Shown piece by piece: positions 48,243-58,663 of a DNA stretch of 64,000 nt. Source of the DNA: Candidatus Hydrogenedentota bacterium (GTDB taxonomy: Bacteria > Hydrogenedentota > Hydrogenedentia > Hydrogenedentales > SLHB01). The position numbers and the translations under genes are program-made. Numbering within the stretch: position 1 is the stretch's first letter; every line of letters starts with the position of its first letter. The notes under the pieces were generated by a model. The model was not told the origin of the DNA, did no database searches, and was given only the letters and a program-made list of their open reading frames with translations. The stretch is from NCBI GenBank assembly GCA_963668025.2, contig CAXXTH010000008.1, forward strand, positions 32,001 to 96,000, read 5' to 3'.

Positions 48243-49199
48243 ATGAAAAAGAGAAGTTGTTTCCACGCCAGCGGCGCTGTATGCACCCTTATGCTCGTAT
48301 GCCTGTCGGCCATGCTGAGCTATGGAGCCGTTACCGCCGATCCCGCAAAAGTTACTTTTACCTCAGCGCAGCAGGCATTCACCATAAATCTGGCCAAAGA
48401 TGGAACGCCCATTCTTGCAACGGACATACGCGGCTGGCAATTTCTTGCGAGCGGCCACGACTACAAGCACATGCTAAGCGTGGAAAACATGGATGGGGCG
48501 ATCAAGATTGCGCCAAGCAAGTCTATTGAAGTGGGCAGTTACGATCTGAATATCGATACCGCGCAAGGTTCCGTGATTGTGCAGGTCTTTGCTCCGCTTA
48601 GCGATCAGCCCAATATCGTCGAGAAGATGTCGGCCCTTACTGGGATGTCCGAGAAAAAAATCGAGGAGAAACTGGGATTATCGGCCAGCATCGGGCGCAA
48701 GGAAATCCAGATCGATTTGCCACCTGTGTATTATGAAGGCCAGACGCTCGTACTCCCCATAGCAAGCAAGCCTGCTCCCGGAAACACCTGTATGTGGTTC
48801 ATGAATGGAGATCTTGTGGCGGAGGGGCCGGAACAGGACACGCTTACGTACACCTTCGAGAAACAGGGCGAGTACGTCCTTACCTACATCGAAGCACGGA
48901 AAGAAAATGGAACGATGGCTGTCGTGCTGAGATCCAGGGCGTACACAAGGGTCGTTGCTGTACCTGGGGTGCCGGTCGAAGTCGCCGTCGATACTGAAAT
49001 GGAGTTTGCGCCACCCTTCGGATACCAGAAACATGCCTGGAGTATAGATGGCCAGGAGGTCTCCACGGAACCATCCTTGAAACGTGCGTTCCAAGCCCCG
49101 GGCTCCCATACCGTCGAGTGCCTGGCATCTGCTCCTAACGAAGGACCAGCGCAAGGCTTCTTGCGTGTCAGGTACAACACGACCGTGATAAAAGATTAA
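48243..49199 (+). CDS. Exported protein with PKD/Ig-like domains
   Basis: signal peptide; TYTFEKQGEY and AFQAPGSHTV; AGGAG RBS. Confidence 0.75.
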   Translation: MKKRSCFHASGAVCTLMLVCLSAMLSYGAVTADPAKVTFTSAQQAFTINLAKDGTPILATDIRGWQFLASGHDYKHMLSVENMDGAIKIAPSKSIEVGSYDLNIDTAQGSVIVQVFAPLSDQPNIVEKMSALTGMSEKKIEEKLGLSASIGRKEIQIDLPPVYYEGQTLVLPIASKPAPGNTCMWFMNGDLVAEGPEQDTLTYTFEKQGEYVLTYIEARKENGTMAVVLRSRAYTRVVAVPGVPVEVAVDTEMEFAPPFGYQKHAWSIDGQEVSTEPSLKRAFQAPGSHTVECLASAPNEGPAQGFLRVRYNTTVIKD

Positions 49200-49233
49200 C
49201 GCGAAATGCATTGAGAAATCTGTGCAATATTAG

Positions 49234-49525
49234 AGGTGTAGTTTTTCTATTACCGAACTGGGAAGAATGCATCATGCGTACGTGCTGAGAAAATAACGCA
49301 AAACCGCCTGCCAGTCATCCCCGCGAAAGCGGGGATCCAGGGCATTTGCACTGGATTCCCGCTTTCGCGGGAATGACAACGAGGTAGTTCACGGTTTTCT
49401 ATACAACAGATGCTATTAGGCGGTGGGACAAATCCACCATGCATGTTGGTTCATCCGCGCGCCCAAGAATGGCTCTAAATAGGTTGCGGCAAGGCGAATG
49501 GAGCGGTAATCACAGAACTACACCT
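49234..49525. mobile_element. MITE-like element family B, about 292 bp
   Basis: 22-bp TIRs (18/22) AGGTGTAGTTTTTCTATTACCG/CGGTAATCACAGAACTACACCT; flanks AATATTAG and GAAATTAG form an imperfect duplication. Confidence 0.6.
49314..49377. repeat. GTCATYCCCGCGAAAGCGGG palindromic repeat doublet
   Basis: GTCATCCCCGCGAAAGCGGGGATCCAG...CTGGATTCCCGCTTTCGCGGGAATGAC. Confidence 0.85.
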
Positions 49526-49622
49526 GAAATTAGGAAAAAAGCGCCAGCTCATCCTGGCGCTTCTCCCTCATTCGGAGAGTTTATATCGAAAAGCGCCAAC
49601 ACTCTAGCTTGCATAAACTATC

Positions 49623-52600
49623 GTGGTAGGCATTGATTCTTTAACTGGCGGAAAGGTGGCTGCCTTGCTCGACACTCCTCCTGGAATAAAGCATCGGCTG
49701 GAACGGCTGATGAACTGGCATAAGACCGTTGGCGGCGATGGCCAGTTTCCGCCATCGACGGATGAACAACCGCTTCGCGCGGAGCTTTACAGTGTTAACC
49801 AGTTGGAGCATCACGCCAAAGTATTGGCGGGATTGCACGAAATCGCTACGGTGGCCGCGCTCGATCGGCTCATACCGAGATTGGAAGAAAACGAACGGAT
49901 ACTAATCCGCACCTACGACTTGCTCACGGACGCAGTGAAAACGAGCCGCCGGATTGTGCCTGCGGCGGAATGGATGCTAGACAATTTCTATGTGATTGAA
50001 GAACAGATCCGCACCGCACGCCTCCATTTTCCGCCATCGTATAGCAAAGGCTTGCCCCGGCTGGCAAAAGGCCCTGTAGCGGGATACCCACGGGTGTACA
50101 GCATAGCGATGGAGCTGATATCACACGTGGACGGCAACCTGGATGTCGAGAGCCTCAACGCGTTTACCGCCTCCTACCAGGCTATCAAGCCCTTGACATT
50201 GGGTGAGCTTTGGGCTGTTCCCATTATGCTTAGGTTGGGGCTGCTCGAGAATCTCCGGCGGGTGGCTGTCCGCTTGACGGCGAGCCTGCGCGACCGAGGA
50301 TTGGCTACCGAATGGGCCGAGCGGATGGAGAACGTGGTCGAGCAGAATCCATCCGACTTGATTCTCGTATTGGCGGATATGGCGCGTGCGAATCCCCCGT
50401 TATCCAGCGCTTTTCTGGCGGAGTTCACCCGGCATCTACATGGGCAGAGCCCGCATTTTGCGTTCGCTTTAAGCTGGCTAGAGCACCGCGTCTCCGAACA
50501 AGGGCTGAATATCGCTCATCTTGTACAGATGGAAAGCCAGGTGCAGGCGGTTGACCAAGTGTCCATCGGCAACACCATTAATAGTCTCCGATTCCTCAGC
50601 CTGTCCGACTGGCGGGAGTTCGTCGAAGGACAGAGCATCGTCGAACAGACGCTACGCAGTGAACCGTCTGGTGTGTATGCCAACATGGATTTTGCCACAC
50701 GGGACCTATACCGCCACGCGGTGGAAGAAATCGCTAAACGCAGCAAGCGTCCGGAGAACGAGATTGCGCAGCAGGCCATTGGACTCGCCATGGAGGCATC
50801 CACCGGCCCGCACAACAACCGAAAAGAGCATGTCGGATACTACCTTATCGATAAAGGCCGTAAGACGCTGGAGCAAGCCGCGGGTGTGCGGTGGTCGCCG
50901 CGCGGAGTCCTCGGGAAAGGCATTCGCCGCTATCCGTTATTCTTCTACCTTTCCAGCATCTTTGTATGGACAGCCTGCATTATGGCGGGCTTGATCGCGT
51001 GGGCGGATCACGGCGGGCTGCCAGCGTGGATACTGGCGTTGTTGGTGGCGCCCGTCTTGGTTTCCGTGTCCCAATTCGCCGTCAGCATCGCCAACTGGCT
51101 GGTAACAATATACATCGGCCCGCAGCCATTGCCTCGGATGGATTTCCGCCACGGCATTCCGCCGGAGCACCGGACAATAGCCGCCGTTCCTACGATGCTC
51201 CTCAACGCGGCTGCAACAGACGCTCTGCTGGAACAACTGGAAATACGGTACCTGGCAAATAGCGCTCCAAACTTGCACTTCGCCCTGCTCACCGATCTCG
51301 CCGATGCGCCACAGGCTGTAATGCCAGAAGATGAGGGACTGGTCCGGCAAGCCCGGGAGGGAATTGCATCCCTGAACCGAAAATATGAGCACGACCGGCC
51401 CGATATCTTTTACCTTTTCCACCGCCCGCGACGATGGAACGAGCCGGACCGGGTGTGGATGGGATACGAACGCAAGAGGGGAAAGTTGAAAGAGTTCAAC
51501 GCGCTCCTGCGCGGCGGCTCAAAGGATTGTTTTCAAGAGATTGTCGGCGAATGTAGTGTTTTGCCTCAAGTCCGCTATGTCATAACGCTCGACACGGACA
51601 CGGAGCTTCCCCGCGACGCGGCGCGCAAGTTGGTTGAAGCAATTAGCCATCCTCTCAACCGGCCTGTTTTTGACAAGGAGCAGAAGCGGATTATTGATGG
51701 CTATGGCATTATACAACCCCGTGTGGGAATCAGCTTGCCGAGTGCGTCGCGTTCCTGGTATGTCCGGTTGTTAGCCGCGGATGCCGGCGTGGATCCATAC
51801 ACGCGGGCGGTATCCGATATATACCAGGATCTTTTCGGCGAAGGCTCTTTCATCGGGAAGGGAATTTACGATGTTGGCGCACTTCACCAAGCGTGCGCCT
51901 GCCTTCCTGACAATGCGATCCTGAGCCATGACTTGCTAGAAGGCGCGTACGCACGTTCGGCGTTGCTCAGTGATGTGGAGGTCTACGAAGATCACCCATA
52001 TCGGTATTTCACGGATGTGAGCCGGAGGCGGCGTTGGATACGCGGCGACTGGCAGATTGCATGGTGGCTGCTGCCGCGTGTGCCCGGCCAGTACGCCAAG
52101 TGGAGCCCAAACCCAATTTCGGCCCTCTCCAAGTGGAAAATCGCCGACAATCTCCGCCGCAGCCTTGTACCGCCCGCGATGTTGATGCTGCTCGTTTTTG
52201 CCTGGCTGCTGCCCTGGCTTTGGTTGTCGGCAGGGGCGACGCTTTTGGTCATTGCGATCTTGGTTATCCCCACGCTTCTCTCGGCGGCAGGCGGAATCGT
52301 ACACAAACCGCGAGACTTGCCATGGTGGATGCATTTTCACGCTCTTGCACCTGGAATCTTCCGCCAGATGGGGCAAGTTCTTTTCGTACTGGCCCTTGTC
52401 CCATATGATGCCTACATCAGTCTTGATTCGATCACACGTACGCTCGTGCGTGTGCTCTGGAAGCGCCGCAAACTTCTGGAGTGGACGACCTCCAGCGATG
52501 CCGCGTTTGCCGTGCGCACCGATCTGCGTGGACATTTTCGAGCCATGTGGATGGAGCCTGTCGCCGCTATGATCGTTCTCATCCTTATTATTCTGGTTCG

Positions 52601-55600
52601 ACAGGAGAGCCTCCCTGCCAGCGCACCATTCCTAGGTGTATGGCTGGTTTCACCAGCCATAGCCTGGTGGCTAAGCCGCCCCATCCCGGCACGAGAACCA
52701 AAACTCTCCGAAGGACAGATTGTCTTTTTGAGAAAATTGGCGCGCCGAACATGGGAATATTTCGAGGTATTCGTTACGCCGCAAGAAAACTGGCTTCCGC
52801 CGGATAATTACCAAGAGCATCCAGTGATAAGCATCGCATCGAGGACCAGCCCAACGAACATCGGGATGGCGCTGCTCGCGAACCTATCCGCCTATGATTT
52901 CGGATACTGCTCCACAACGCGGATGCTGGAGCGGACCGAAAATACCCTCGCCACTATGAGCCGCTTGGAAAAATATCGCGGCCACTTCTACAACTGGTAC
53001 GATACGCATAGTCTCAATATTTTAGCGCCACGATACATTTCCACGATAGACAGTGGGAACCTCGCAGGGCATCTACTGGTCTTGCGAAGCGGGTTGTTGG
53101 AGCTGGTTGATACAAAGATCCTGCCGCCGCGGATGTTCAACGGAGTACAGGATACGGTTCGAGTGCTCTTCGATGAGGTCAATGATTTTATTGATGGGAT
53201 GGGTCCAGATTCCAACGTAGCGCCTGCAAGAGAGGCTTTGCGGAAAATAGAGCAGATAGAGGCAGAATTAAAATCTCGTCCAAGCACGCTCAGGGATTCA
53301 ATGCTGCTCTTGCAACGTTTATCGGCTCAGGCAAGCGATCTGGGCCAAATCAACGGCCTGAATGGGGAATCTCAAAAATGGGCTCAGGCGTTAGAACGAT
53401 GCATAACCGGCCATCTCGGCGACATGGCCTTTATTGCCCCGTGGGCGCTGCTCCCACTCGCGCCCGAAGAATTCTGGCAAGGCAACTCGCCGGAACGGAT
53501 TACCGGCATCAATGAGTTGCGGGAGTCATTGGAGCGGCTCGAAGAAGTCCCGACTCTCCGCCAGGTGGCCGCGATAAAGCTGTCGTTGCTGCCATTGCTT
53601 GATGCGATCTTGGCGGGATTTCATGCAACAAATCGTGGTAGCGCAACCCCCCCCAAGGATTTAAAAGCCTGTGCATGGCTTGCCAGCCTTCGCTGCGCAT
53701 TCGTCGATGCTTCCCAGAACGCCTTGGAACGCATTCGGGCGCTGGAAGCCGCTGCGGAACGTTGCCATGAATTATCGGCCATGGACTTCACATTTCTGTT
53801 TGATAAATCCCGCGACCTGCTGTCCATTGGCTACAATGCTGGCGATCACAACCTGGACAAAGGGTATTACGACCTTCTCGCCTCAGAGGCCCGGCTCGCC
53901 AGTTTTTACGCGATATCGCAAGGGCAGTTGGGACAGGAGCATTGGTTCGCACTGGGCCGCCTGCTCACCGCATCCAGAAGCGCAACTGCACTGCTTAGCT
54001 GGAGCGGTTCCATCTTCGAATACCTTATGCCTCTGCTCGTGATGCCGACCTACGAGAACACCCTTTTAAACCAGACCTACAAAGCGGTCGTGCAACGGCA
54101 AATTGAATATGGAAAGCAGCGCGGGACGCCTTGGGGAATTTCCGAATCCGGATTCAACGCATGGGACGTACACCTGAACTACCAGTATCGGGCCTTCGGC
54201 GTGCCGGGGCTGGGATTGAAGCGGGGACTGGCCGAGGATCTTGTCGTTGCTCCGTATGCATCGGTCATGGCGCTGATGGTGGAGCCCGAAGCCGCATGCC
54301 GAAACCTCGAACGCCTCGTGGCCGAAAAACGGCAGGGCCGTTACGGTTTTTACGAGGCGATTGACTACACGACATCCCGCTTGCCGCTCGGAGTCAACAG
54401 TGCAACGGTCCGGTCTTTTATGACACATCATGAAGGAATGAGCCTTCTATCACTAGAATACCTCCTCCTCGACCGCCCAATGCAACGCCGTTTTCTAGCA
54501 GATCCGGCTCTCCAGGCGACGGATCTGCTGCTGCAAGAACGCATTCCCAAAACAACAGGGCTAATATTTCCCCACGAGATCGAGGCCAGCGCCACACGTA
54601 TGGCCTCTGCTGAGACGGAAGGCACCGTGCGTGTCTTCACTGATCCGGGAAGCCCTGTACCGGAAGTGCATCTGCTCTCCAACGGGCGTTATCACGTCAT
54701 GGTCAGCAGCGCCGGTGGAGGATACAGCCGCTGGCGTGATCTGGCGCTCACGAGGTGGCGGGAAGATCCGACCCGTGATTGCTGGGGGTCGTTCTGTTAT
54801 GTGCGTGATTTGTATAGTGGGCGGTTCTGGTCGATTGGCTACCAGCCCACCCTTCAAGCATCCAAATCGTACGAAGTGATTTTTGCGCAGGGCAAAGCGG
54901 AGTTCCGCCGCCGGGATGATGATATCGAGACCCATACCGAAATCAGCGTTTCACCCGAAGATGACATCGAACTGCGCCGCATCACCATCACCAACCACTC
55001 AGACAGGCCACGGATCATCGAACTAACCAGTTACGCGGAAGTCGTACTGGCTCCGGACGGCCAAGATGTGGCCCATCCAGCGTTTAGCAACCTATTTGTG
55101 CAGACCGAACTGGTGCGCGCCCGGCAAGCGATTCTCTGCACCCGGCGTCCCCGTTCCGCCGAAGAGAAGCCTCCATGGATGGTTCACTTGATGACGCTAC
55201 AGGGCGAGGCAAGGGGGGAAATATCCTTCGAGACGGATCGAATGAAATTTGTAGGAAGAGGCCGGGTGCTATCCTGGCCGGCGGCGATGGCCAGCAGTGG
55301 GCCATTGTCGAACAGCGTGGGTTCGGTGCTCGATCCCGTGGCTTCCATCCGGCATACCGTCTCTATTCAACCGAACGAGAAGGCGCGAATAGACTTGGTC
55401 ACGGGCATCGCCGAAACACGCGAGGCCGCAATGGCGTTGGTGGATAAATATGACGATCCCCGCCTTGCCGACCGCGTCTTCGAGCTGGCGTGGACACACA
55501 GCAACGCCGAACTACAACACCTGAATTCCGTAGAGGCTGAGGGGCAAATGTATGGGCGGCTGGCCGGTTCCGTCATTTATGCAACGTCGCGTTATCGGCC

Positions 55601-58484
55601 AAACTCCGCCATCCTGGTTCGGAATAAGCGCGGCCAGTCGGGACTCTGGGGCTATGGAATCTCTGGCGATCTTCCCATCGTATTGGTGCGTATTCGTGAG
55701 CGGGAGAAGCTTGACCTGGTCCGCCAGGCTGTCCAGGCGCACGCCTATTGGCGGATGAAGGGGCTGAGTGTAGACCTCGTCATTTGGAATGAAGACAATT
55801 CAATTTATCGCGGGGAATTACACGACGCCATCATGGGCCTTATCGCGGCAAGTTCGGAGGCGGCGATGGTGGACAAGCCCGGCGGGGTGTTTCTGCGCCG
55901 GGGAGAACAGATCTCGGAAGAAGATCGGGTGCTCCTGGAGGCCGTGGCTCGAATCGTACTCGTGGACGATGCCGGGACGCTGCCGGAGCAAGTCGAGCGG
56001 CGCGGGCGGGTCCAGGCGCCAATGGCCATTCTTAAACCGGCGCGTCGCCGGGCGAAAATGGAACCCGTGGAGACGCCTAAATATGACTTAACCTTCTTTA
56101 ATGGCCTGGGTGGCTTCACACATGACGGCCGCGAATATATCACGATCCTGAAACCGGGCGAAAACACCCCCGCGCCTTGGGTTAATGTCATTGCAAACCC
56201 ACAGTTCGGAACCATCGTGTCGGAGAGCGGGAGCGTCTACACGTGGGCCGGGAACAGCCATAACTTCCGTTTGACGCCCTGGAGCAATGATCCCGTCAGT
56301 GGCAGCGGCAGCGAAGCGATATACATCCGCGACGAAGAAAGCGGCTACGTCTGGTCTCCTTCTCCCTTGCCTGCCCGCGGGGCCACGGCGTATGTCGTCC
56401 GCCATGGTTTTGGCTACAGCATCTTTGAGTGCCAGGAAGATGGCGCTGCCAGCGAGCTAACCGTATATGTCGATCCGGATGCTCCCGTGAAGTTCGCGCG
56501 GCTTAAATTGACAAACCGCTCAGGACGGCTCCGCCGTTTCTCTGTAACCGCTTATTGGGAATTGGTGTTGGGAGAGTCAAGAGAAAAGACGCTCATGCAT
56601 GTTGTCACGGAAATTGATCCGATAACGGGCGCTGTCTTTGCGAGAAATGCGTACAACATGGACTTCAGCGGACGGGTGGTTTTCGCAGCCACAAGCGAAA
56701 CCACACGAACGATAACAACCGACCGTACCGAGTTCCTTGGCCGCAACGGAACGCCTGCCAACCCAGCGGCCCTAAATCGGGTCCGTCTTTCCGGCCGCGT
56801 GGGAGCAGGACTCGATCCATGCGCGGCGATACAAGCGCCGGTGGAGCTGGATGCCGGACAAGAAAAAGAAATCATTTTTATCTTTGGCGCCGCAGAGTCG
56901 GAAGATCAAGCAAGGCAGTTCATTCAACAGATTCGGAGCGTCTCGGGAGCGCAACGGGCTCTGGAAGGCGTATGGAATTACTGGGGCCGCACATTGGGCG
57001 CGCTGTATGTGGAGACGCCTGATCCCGCGGTCAACTTCCTGGCCAACGGTTGGCTGATTTATCAAACCCTCTCGTGCCGTATGTGGGCGCGCACGGGATT
57101 CTACCAGTCAGGTGGAGCATATGGATTCCGTGACCAGTTGCAAGACGCCATGGCCCTCCTGTTCGCGGAACCTCTTATGCTGCGCGCGCATTTGCTTCGT
57201 GCCGCGGCGAGGCAGTTTCAAGAGGGTGACGTCCAGCATTGGTGGCACACGCCATCGGGGCGCGGCGTGCGGACACACTGCTCGGATGACTTTTTATGGC
57301 TGCCGTACGCCACCTGCCGGTATGTAGCCGCCACGGGAGACACCGGCGTGCTGGATGAACCAGCGCCATTCCTCAACGGCCGCCTCCTGCATCCGGAGGA
57401 AGACTCCTGTTACGACCTTGCGCAAGTCTCGGATAAAGTCGAAACGCTCTACGAACACTGTGTGCGGGCAATCAACCACGGCCTGCGTTTCGGGCTCCAC
57501 GGCCTGCCCCTGATGGGCGGCGGCGATTGGAACGATGGGATGAACCTCGTCGGAGAACAGGGAAAGGGCGAGAGCGTATGGCTGGGATTTTTCCTGTACG
57601 ATGTTCTGATACGTTTCGCCGAACAAGCCCGCCCGCGTGGCGACAGCATGTTTGCGGACAAATGCCTGGCCGAGGCCGGACGCCTGCGCCTTCACATAGA
57701 AGATGCCGCCTGGGACGGGCAATGGTACCTCCGGGCATTCTTCGACAATGGCGAACCGCTCGGTTCTGCGAAAAACACCGAGTGCCAAATCGACTCGATT
57801 CCACAAAGCTGGTCCGTGCTCTCCCGCGCGGGCGAGCGTGGCCGCACCCAGGCCGCAATGGACAGTGTCGACCGCCGGCTGGTGCGCCGGGACTCACAAC
57901 TCGTGCAACTTTTTGCTCCTCCATTCGATAAGTCGGAACTCAATCCAGGCTATATCAAGGGATATACCCCTGGCGTGCGGGAAAACGGCGGGCAATATAC
58001 GCATGCCGCAATTTGGGCCGCGATGGCATTTGCCGCGATGGGCGATTCCAAACGCGCATGGGAATTATTCTCCCTGCTCAATCCAATTGCCCACGGCGCA
58101 TCATACGAGCACATGCTACTCTATAGAGTCGAGCCGTATGTGATGGCGGCTGACATTTATGCCGCGCCCCCTCACACGGGCCGTGGCGGATGGACATGGT
58201 ACACCGGATCATCTGCTTGGATGTACCGCCTCATCATAGAATCCCTGCTCGGCTTACAATTACAATCCGATGTCCTTCAGTTTGCCCCTTGCCTCCCATC
58301 GGCGTGGCAAACATGCAATATGAACTACCGCTACCGCGAGACCTTCTACCACATCACCATCCGTAACGCTGGCGGCGGAAAATCCGTTAAGCGAGTCGTG
58401 GTGGATGGTGCGGAACAACTTGAAAGGGCGGTGCATTTGATTGATGACCGCCATACGCATACAGTAGAAGTGGATGTCGATTGA
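49623..58484 (+). CDS. Cyclic beta-1,2-glucan synthase (Cgs/NdvB/ChvB type with GH94 C-terminus); start uncertain
   Basis: 2953 aa; WMGYERKRGKL, ITLDTDT, SHDLLEG, RWIRGDWQ, YDLLASEARL, WGISES, GAYGFRDQLQD, GDWNDGMN, ENGGQYTH. Confidence 0.93.
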   Translation: MVGIDSLTGGKVAALLDTPPGIKHRLERLMNWHKTVGGDGQFPPSTDEQPLRAELYSVNQLEHHAKVLAGLHEIATVAALDRLIPRLEENERILIRTYDLLTDAVKTSRRIVPAAEWMLDNFYVIEEQIRTARLHFPPSYSKGLPRLAKGPVAGYPRVYSIAMELISHVDGNLDVESLNAFTASYQAIKPLTLGELWAVPIMLRLGLLENLRRVAVRLTASLRDRGLATEWAERMENVVEQNPSDLILVLADMARANPPLSSAFLAEFTRHLHGQSPHFAFALSWLEHRVSEQGLNIAHLVQMESQVQAVDQVSIGNTINSLRFLSLSDWREFVEGQSIVEQTLRSEPSGVYANMDFATRDLYRHAVEEIAKRSKRPENEIAQQAIGLAMEASTGPHNNRKEHVGYYLIDKGRKTLEQAAGVRWSPRGVLGKGIRRYPLFFYLSSIFVWTACIMAGLIAWADHGGLPAWILALLVAPVLVSVSQFAVSIANWLVTIYIGPQPLPRMDFRHGIPPEHRTIAAVPTMLLNAAATDALLEQLEIRYLANSAPNLHFALLTDLADAPQAVMPEDEGLVRQAREGIASLNRKYEHDRPDIFYLFHRPRRWNEPDRVWMGYERKRGKLKEFNALLRGGSKDCFQEIVGECSVLPQVRYVITLDTDTELPRDAARKLVEAISHPLNRPVFDKEQKRIIDGYGIIQPRVGISLPSASRSWYVRLLAADAGVDPYTRAVSDIYQDLFGEGSFIGKGIYDVGALHQACACLPDNAILSHDLLEGAYARSALLSDVEVYEDHPYRYFTDVSRRRRWIRGDWQIAWWLLPRVPGQYAKWSPNPISALSKWKIADNLRRSLVPPAMLMLLVFAWLLPWLWLSAGATLLVIAILVIPTLLSAAGGIVHKPRDLPWWMHFHALAPGIFRQMGQVLFVLALVPYDAYISLDSITRTLVRVLWKRRKLLEWTTSSDAAFAVRTDLRGHFRAMWMEPVAAMIVLILIILVRQESLPASAPFLGVWLVSPAIAWWLSRPIPAREPKLSEGQIVFLRKLARRTWEYFEVFVTPQENWLPPDNYQEHPVISIASRTSPTNIGMALLANLSAYDFGYCSTTRMLERTENTLATMSRLEKYRGHFYNWYDTHSLNILAPRYISTIDSGNLAGHLLVLRSGLLELVDTKILPPRMFNGVQDTVRVLFDEVNDFIDGMGPDSNVAPAREALRKIEQIEAELKSRPSTLRDSMLLLQRLSAQASDLGQINGLNGESQKWAQALERCITGHLGDMAFIAPWALLPLAPEEFWQGNSPERITGINELRESLERLEEVPTLRQVAAIKLSLLPLLDAILAGFHATNRGSATPPKDLKACAWLASLRCAFVDASQNALERIRALEAAAERCHELSAMDFTFLFDKSRDLLSIGYNAGDHNLDKGYYDLLASEARLASFYAISQGQLGQEHWFALGRLLTASRSATALLSWSGSIFEYLMPLLVMPTYENTLLNQTYKAVVQRQIEYGKQRGTPWGISESGFNAWDVHLNYQYRAFGVPGLGLKRGLAEDLVVAPYASVMALMVEPEAACRNLERLVAEKRQGRYGFYEAIDYTTSRLPLGVNSATVRSFMTHHEGMSLLSLEYLLLDRPMQRRFLADPALQATDLLLQERIPKTTGLIFPHEIEASATRMASAETEGTVRVFTDPGSPVPEVHLLSNGRYHVMVSSAGGGYSRWRDLALTRWREDPTRDCWGSFCYVRDLYSGRFWSIGYQPTLQASKSYEVIFAQGKAEFRRRDDDIETHTEISVSPEDDIELRRITITNHSDRPRIIELTSYAEVVLAPDGQDVAHPAFSNLFVQTELVRARQAILCTRRPRSAEEKPPWMVHLMTLQGEARGEISFETDRMKFVGRGRVLSWPAAMASSGPLSNSVGSVLDPVASIRHTVSIQPNEKARIDLVTGIAETREAAMALVDKYDDPRLADRVFELAWTHSNAELQHLNSVEAEGQMYGRLAGSVIYATSRYRPNSAILVRNKRGQSGLWGYGISGDLPIVLVRIREREKLDLVRQAVQAHAYWRMKGLSVDLVIWNEDNSIYRGELHDAIMGLIAASSEAAMVDKPGGVFLRRGEQISEEDRVLLEAVARIVLVDDAGTLPEQVERRGRVQAPMAILKPARRRAKMEPVETPKYDLTFFNGLGGFTHDGREYITILKPGENTPAPWVNVIANPQFGTIVSESGSVYTWAGNSHNFRLTPWSNDPVSGSGSEAIYIRDEESGYVWSPSPLPARGATAYVVRHGFGYSIFECQEDGAASELTVYVDPDAPVKFARLKLTNRSGRLRRFSVTAYWELVLGESREKTLMHVVTEIDPITGAVFARNAYNMDFSGRVVFAATSETTRTITTDRTEFLGRNGTPANPAALNRVRLSGRVGAGLDPCAAIQAPVELDAGQEKEIIFIFGAAESEDQARQFIQQIRSVSGAQRALEGVWNYWGRTLGALYVETPDPAVNFLANGWLIYQTLSCRMWARTGFYQSGGAYGFRDQLQDAMALLFAEPLMLRAHLLRAAARQFQEGDVQHWWHTPSGRGVRTHCSDDFLWLPYATCRYVAATGDTGVLDEPAPFLNGRLLHPEEDSCYDLAQVSDKVETLYEHCVRAINHGLRFGLHGLPLMGGGDWNDGMNLVGEQGKGESVWLGFFLYDVLIRFAEQARPRGDSMFADKCLAEAGRLRLHIEDAAWDGQWYLRAFFDNGEPLGSAKNTECQIDSIPQSWSVLSRAGERGRTQAAMDSVDRRLVRRDSQLVQLFAPPFDKSELNPGYIKGYTPGVRENGGQYTHAAIWAAMAFAAMGDSKRAWELFSLLNPIAHGASYEHMLLYRVEPYVMAADIYAAPPHTGRGGWTWYTGSSAWMYRLIIESLLGLQLQSDVLQFAPCLPSAWQTCNMNYRYRETFYHITIRNAGGGKSVKRVVVDGAEQLERAVHLIDDRHTHTVEVDVD

Positions 58485-58510
58485 GGGCCATTGCCATCCT
58501 TGAGAGTTTA

Positions 58511-58632
58511 GGAGGCGCGTCAAAATAACTTGACTATTTTTTCGCATTCAACGCAATTTTCATGGCGATAGGAATTACCGTTTCCTTTCCGAGTGGTGGG
58601 AGAAAATCGGTAAGTTATTTTGACGCGACTCC
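58511..58632. mobile_element. MITE family C, 122 bp
   Basis: TIRs GGAGGCGCGTCAAAATAACTT/AAGTTATTTTGACGCGACTCC (20/21); TTA on both flanks (58508-58510, 58633-58635). Confidence 0.8.
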
Positions 58633-58663
58633 TTAGCTCAATCAAGCAAGACTGGAGGCGGTT

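Noticed and set aside
49560-49660. TTTRCC array upstream of cgs
   Set aside because: No 11-bp-phased units found; the same holds upstream of 58664
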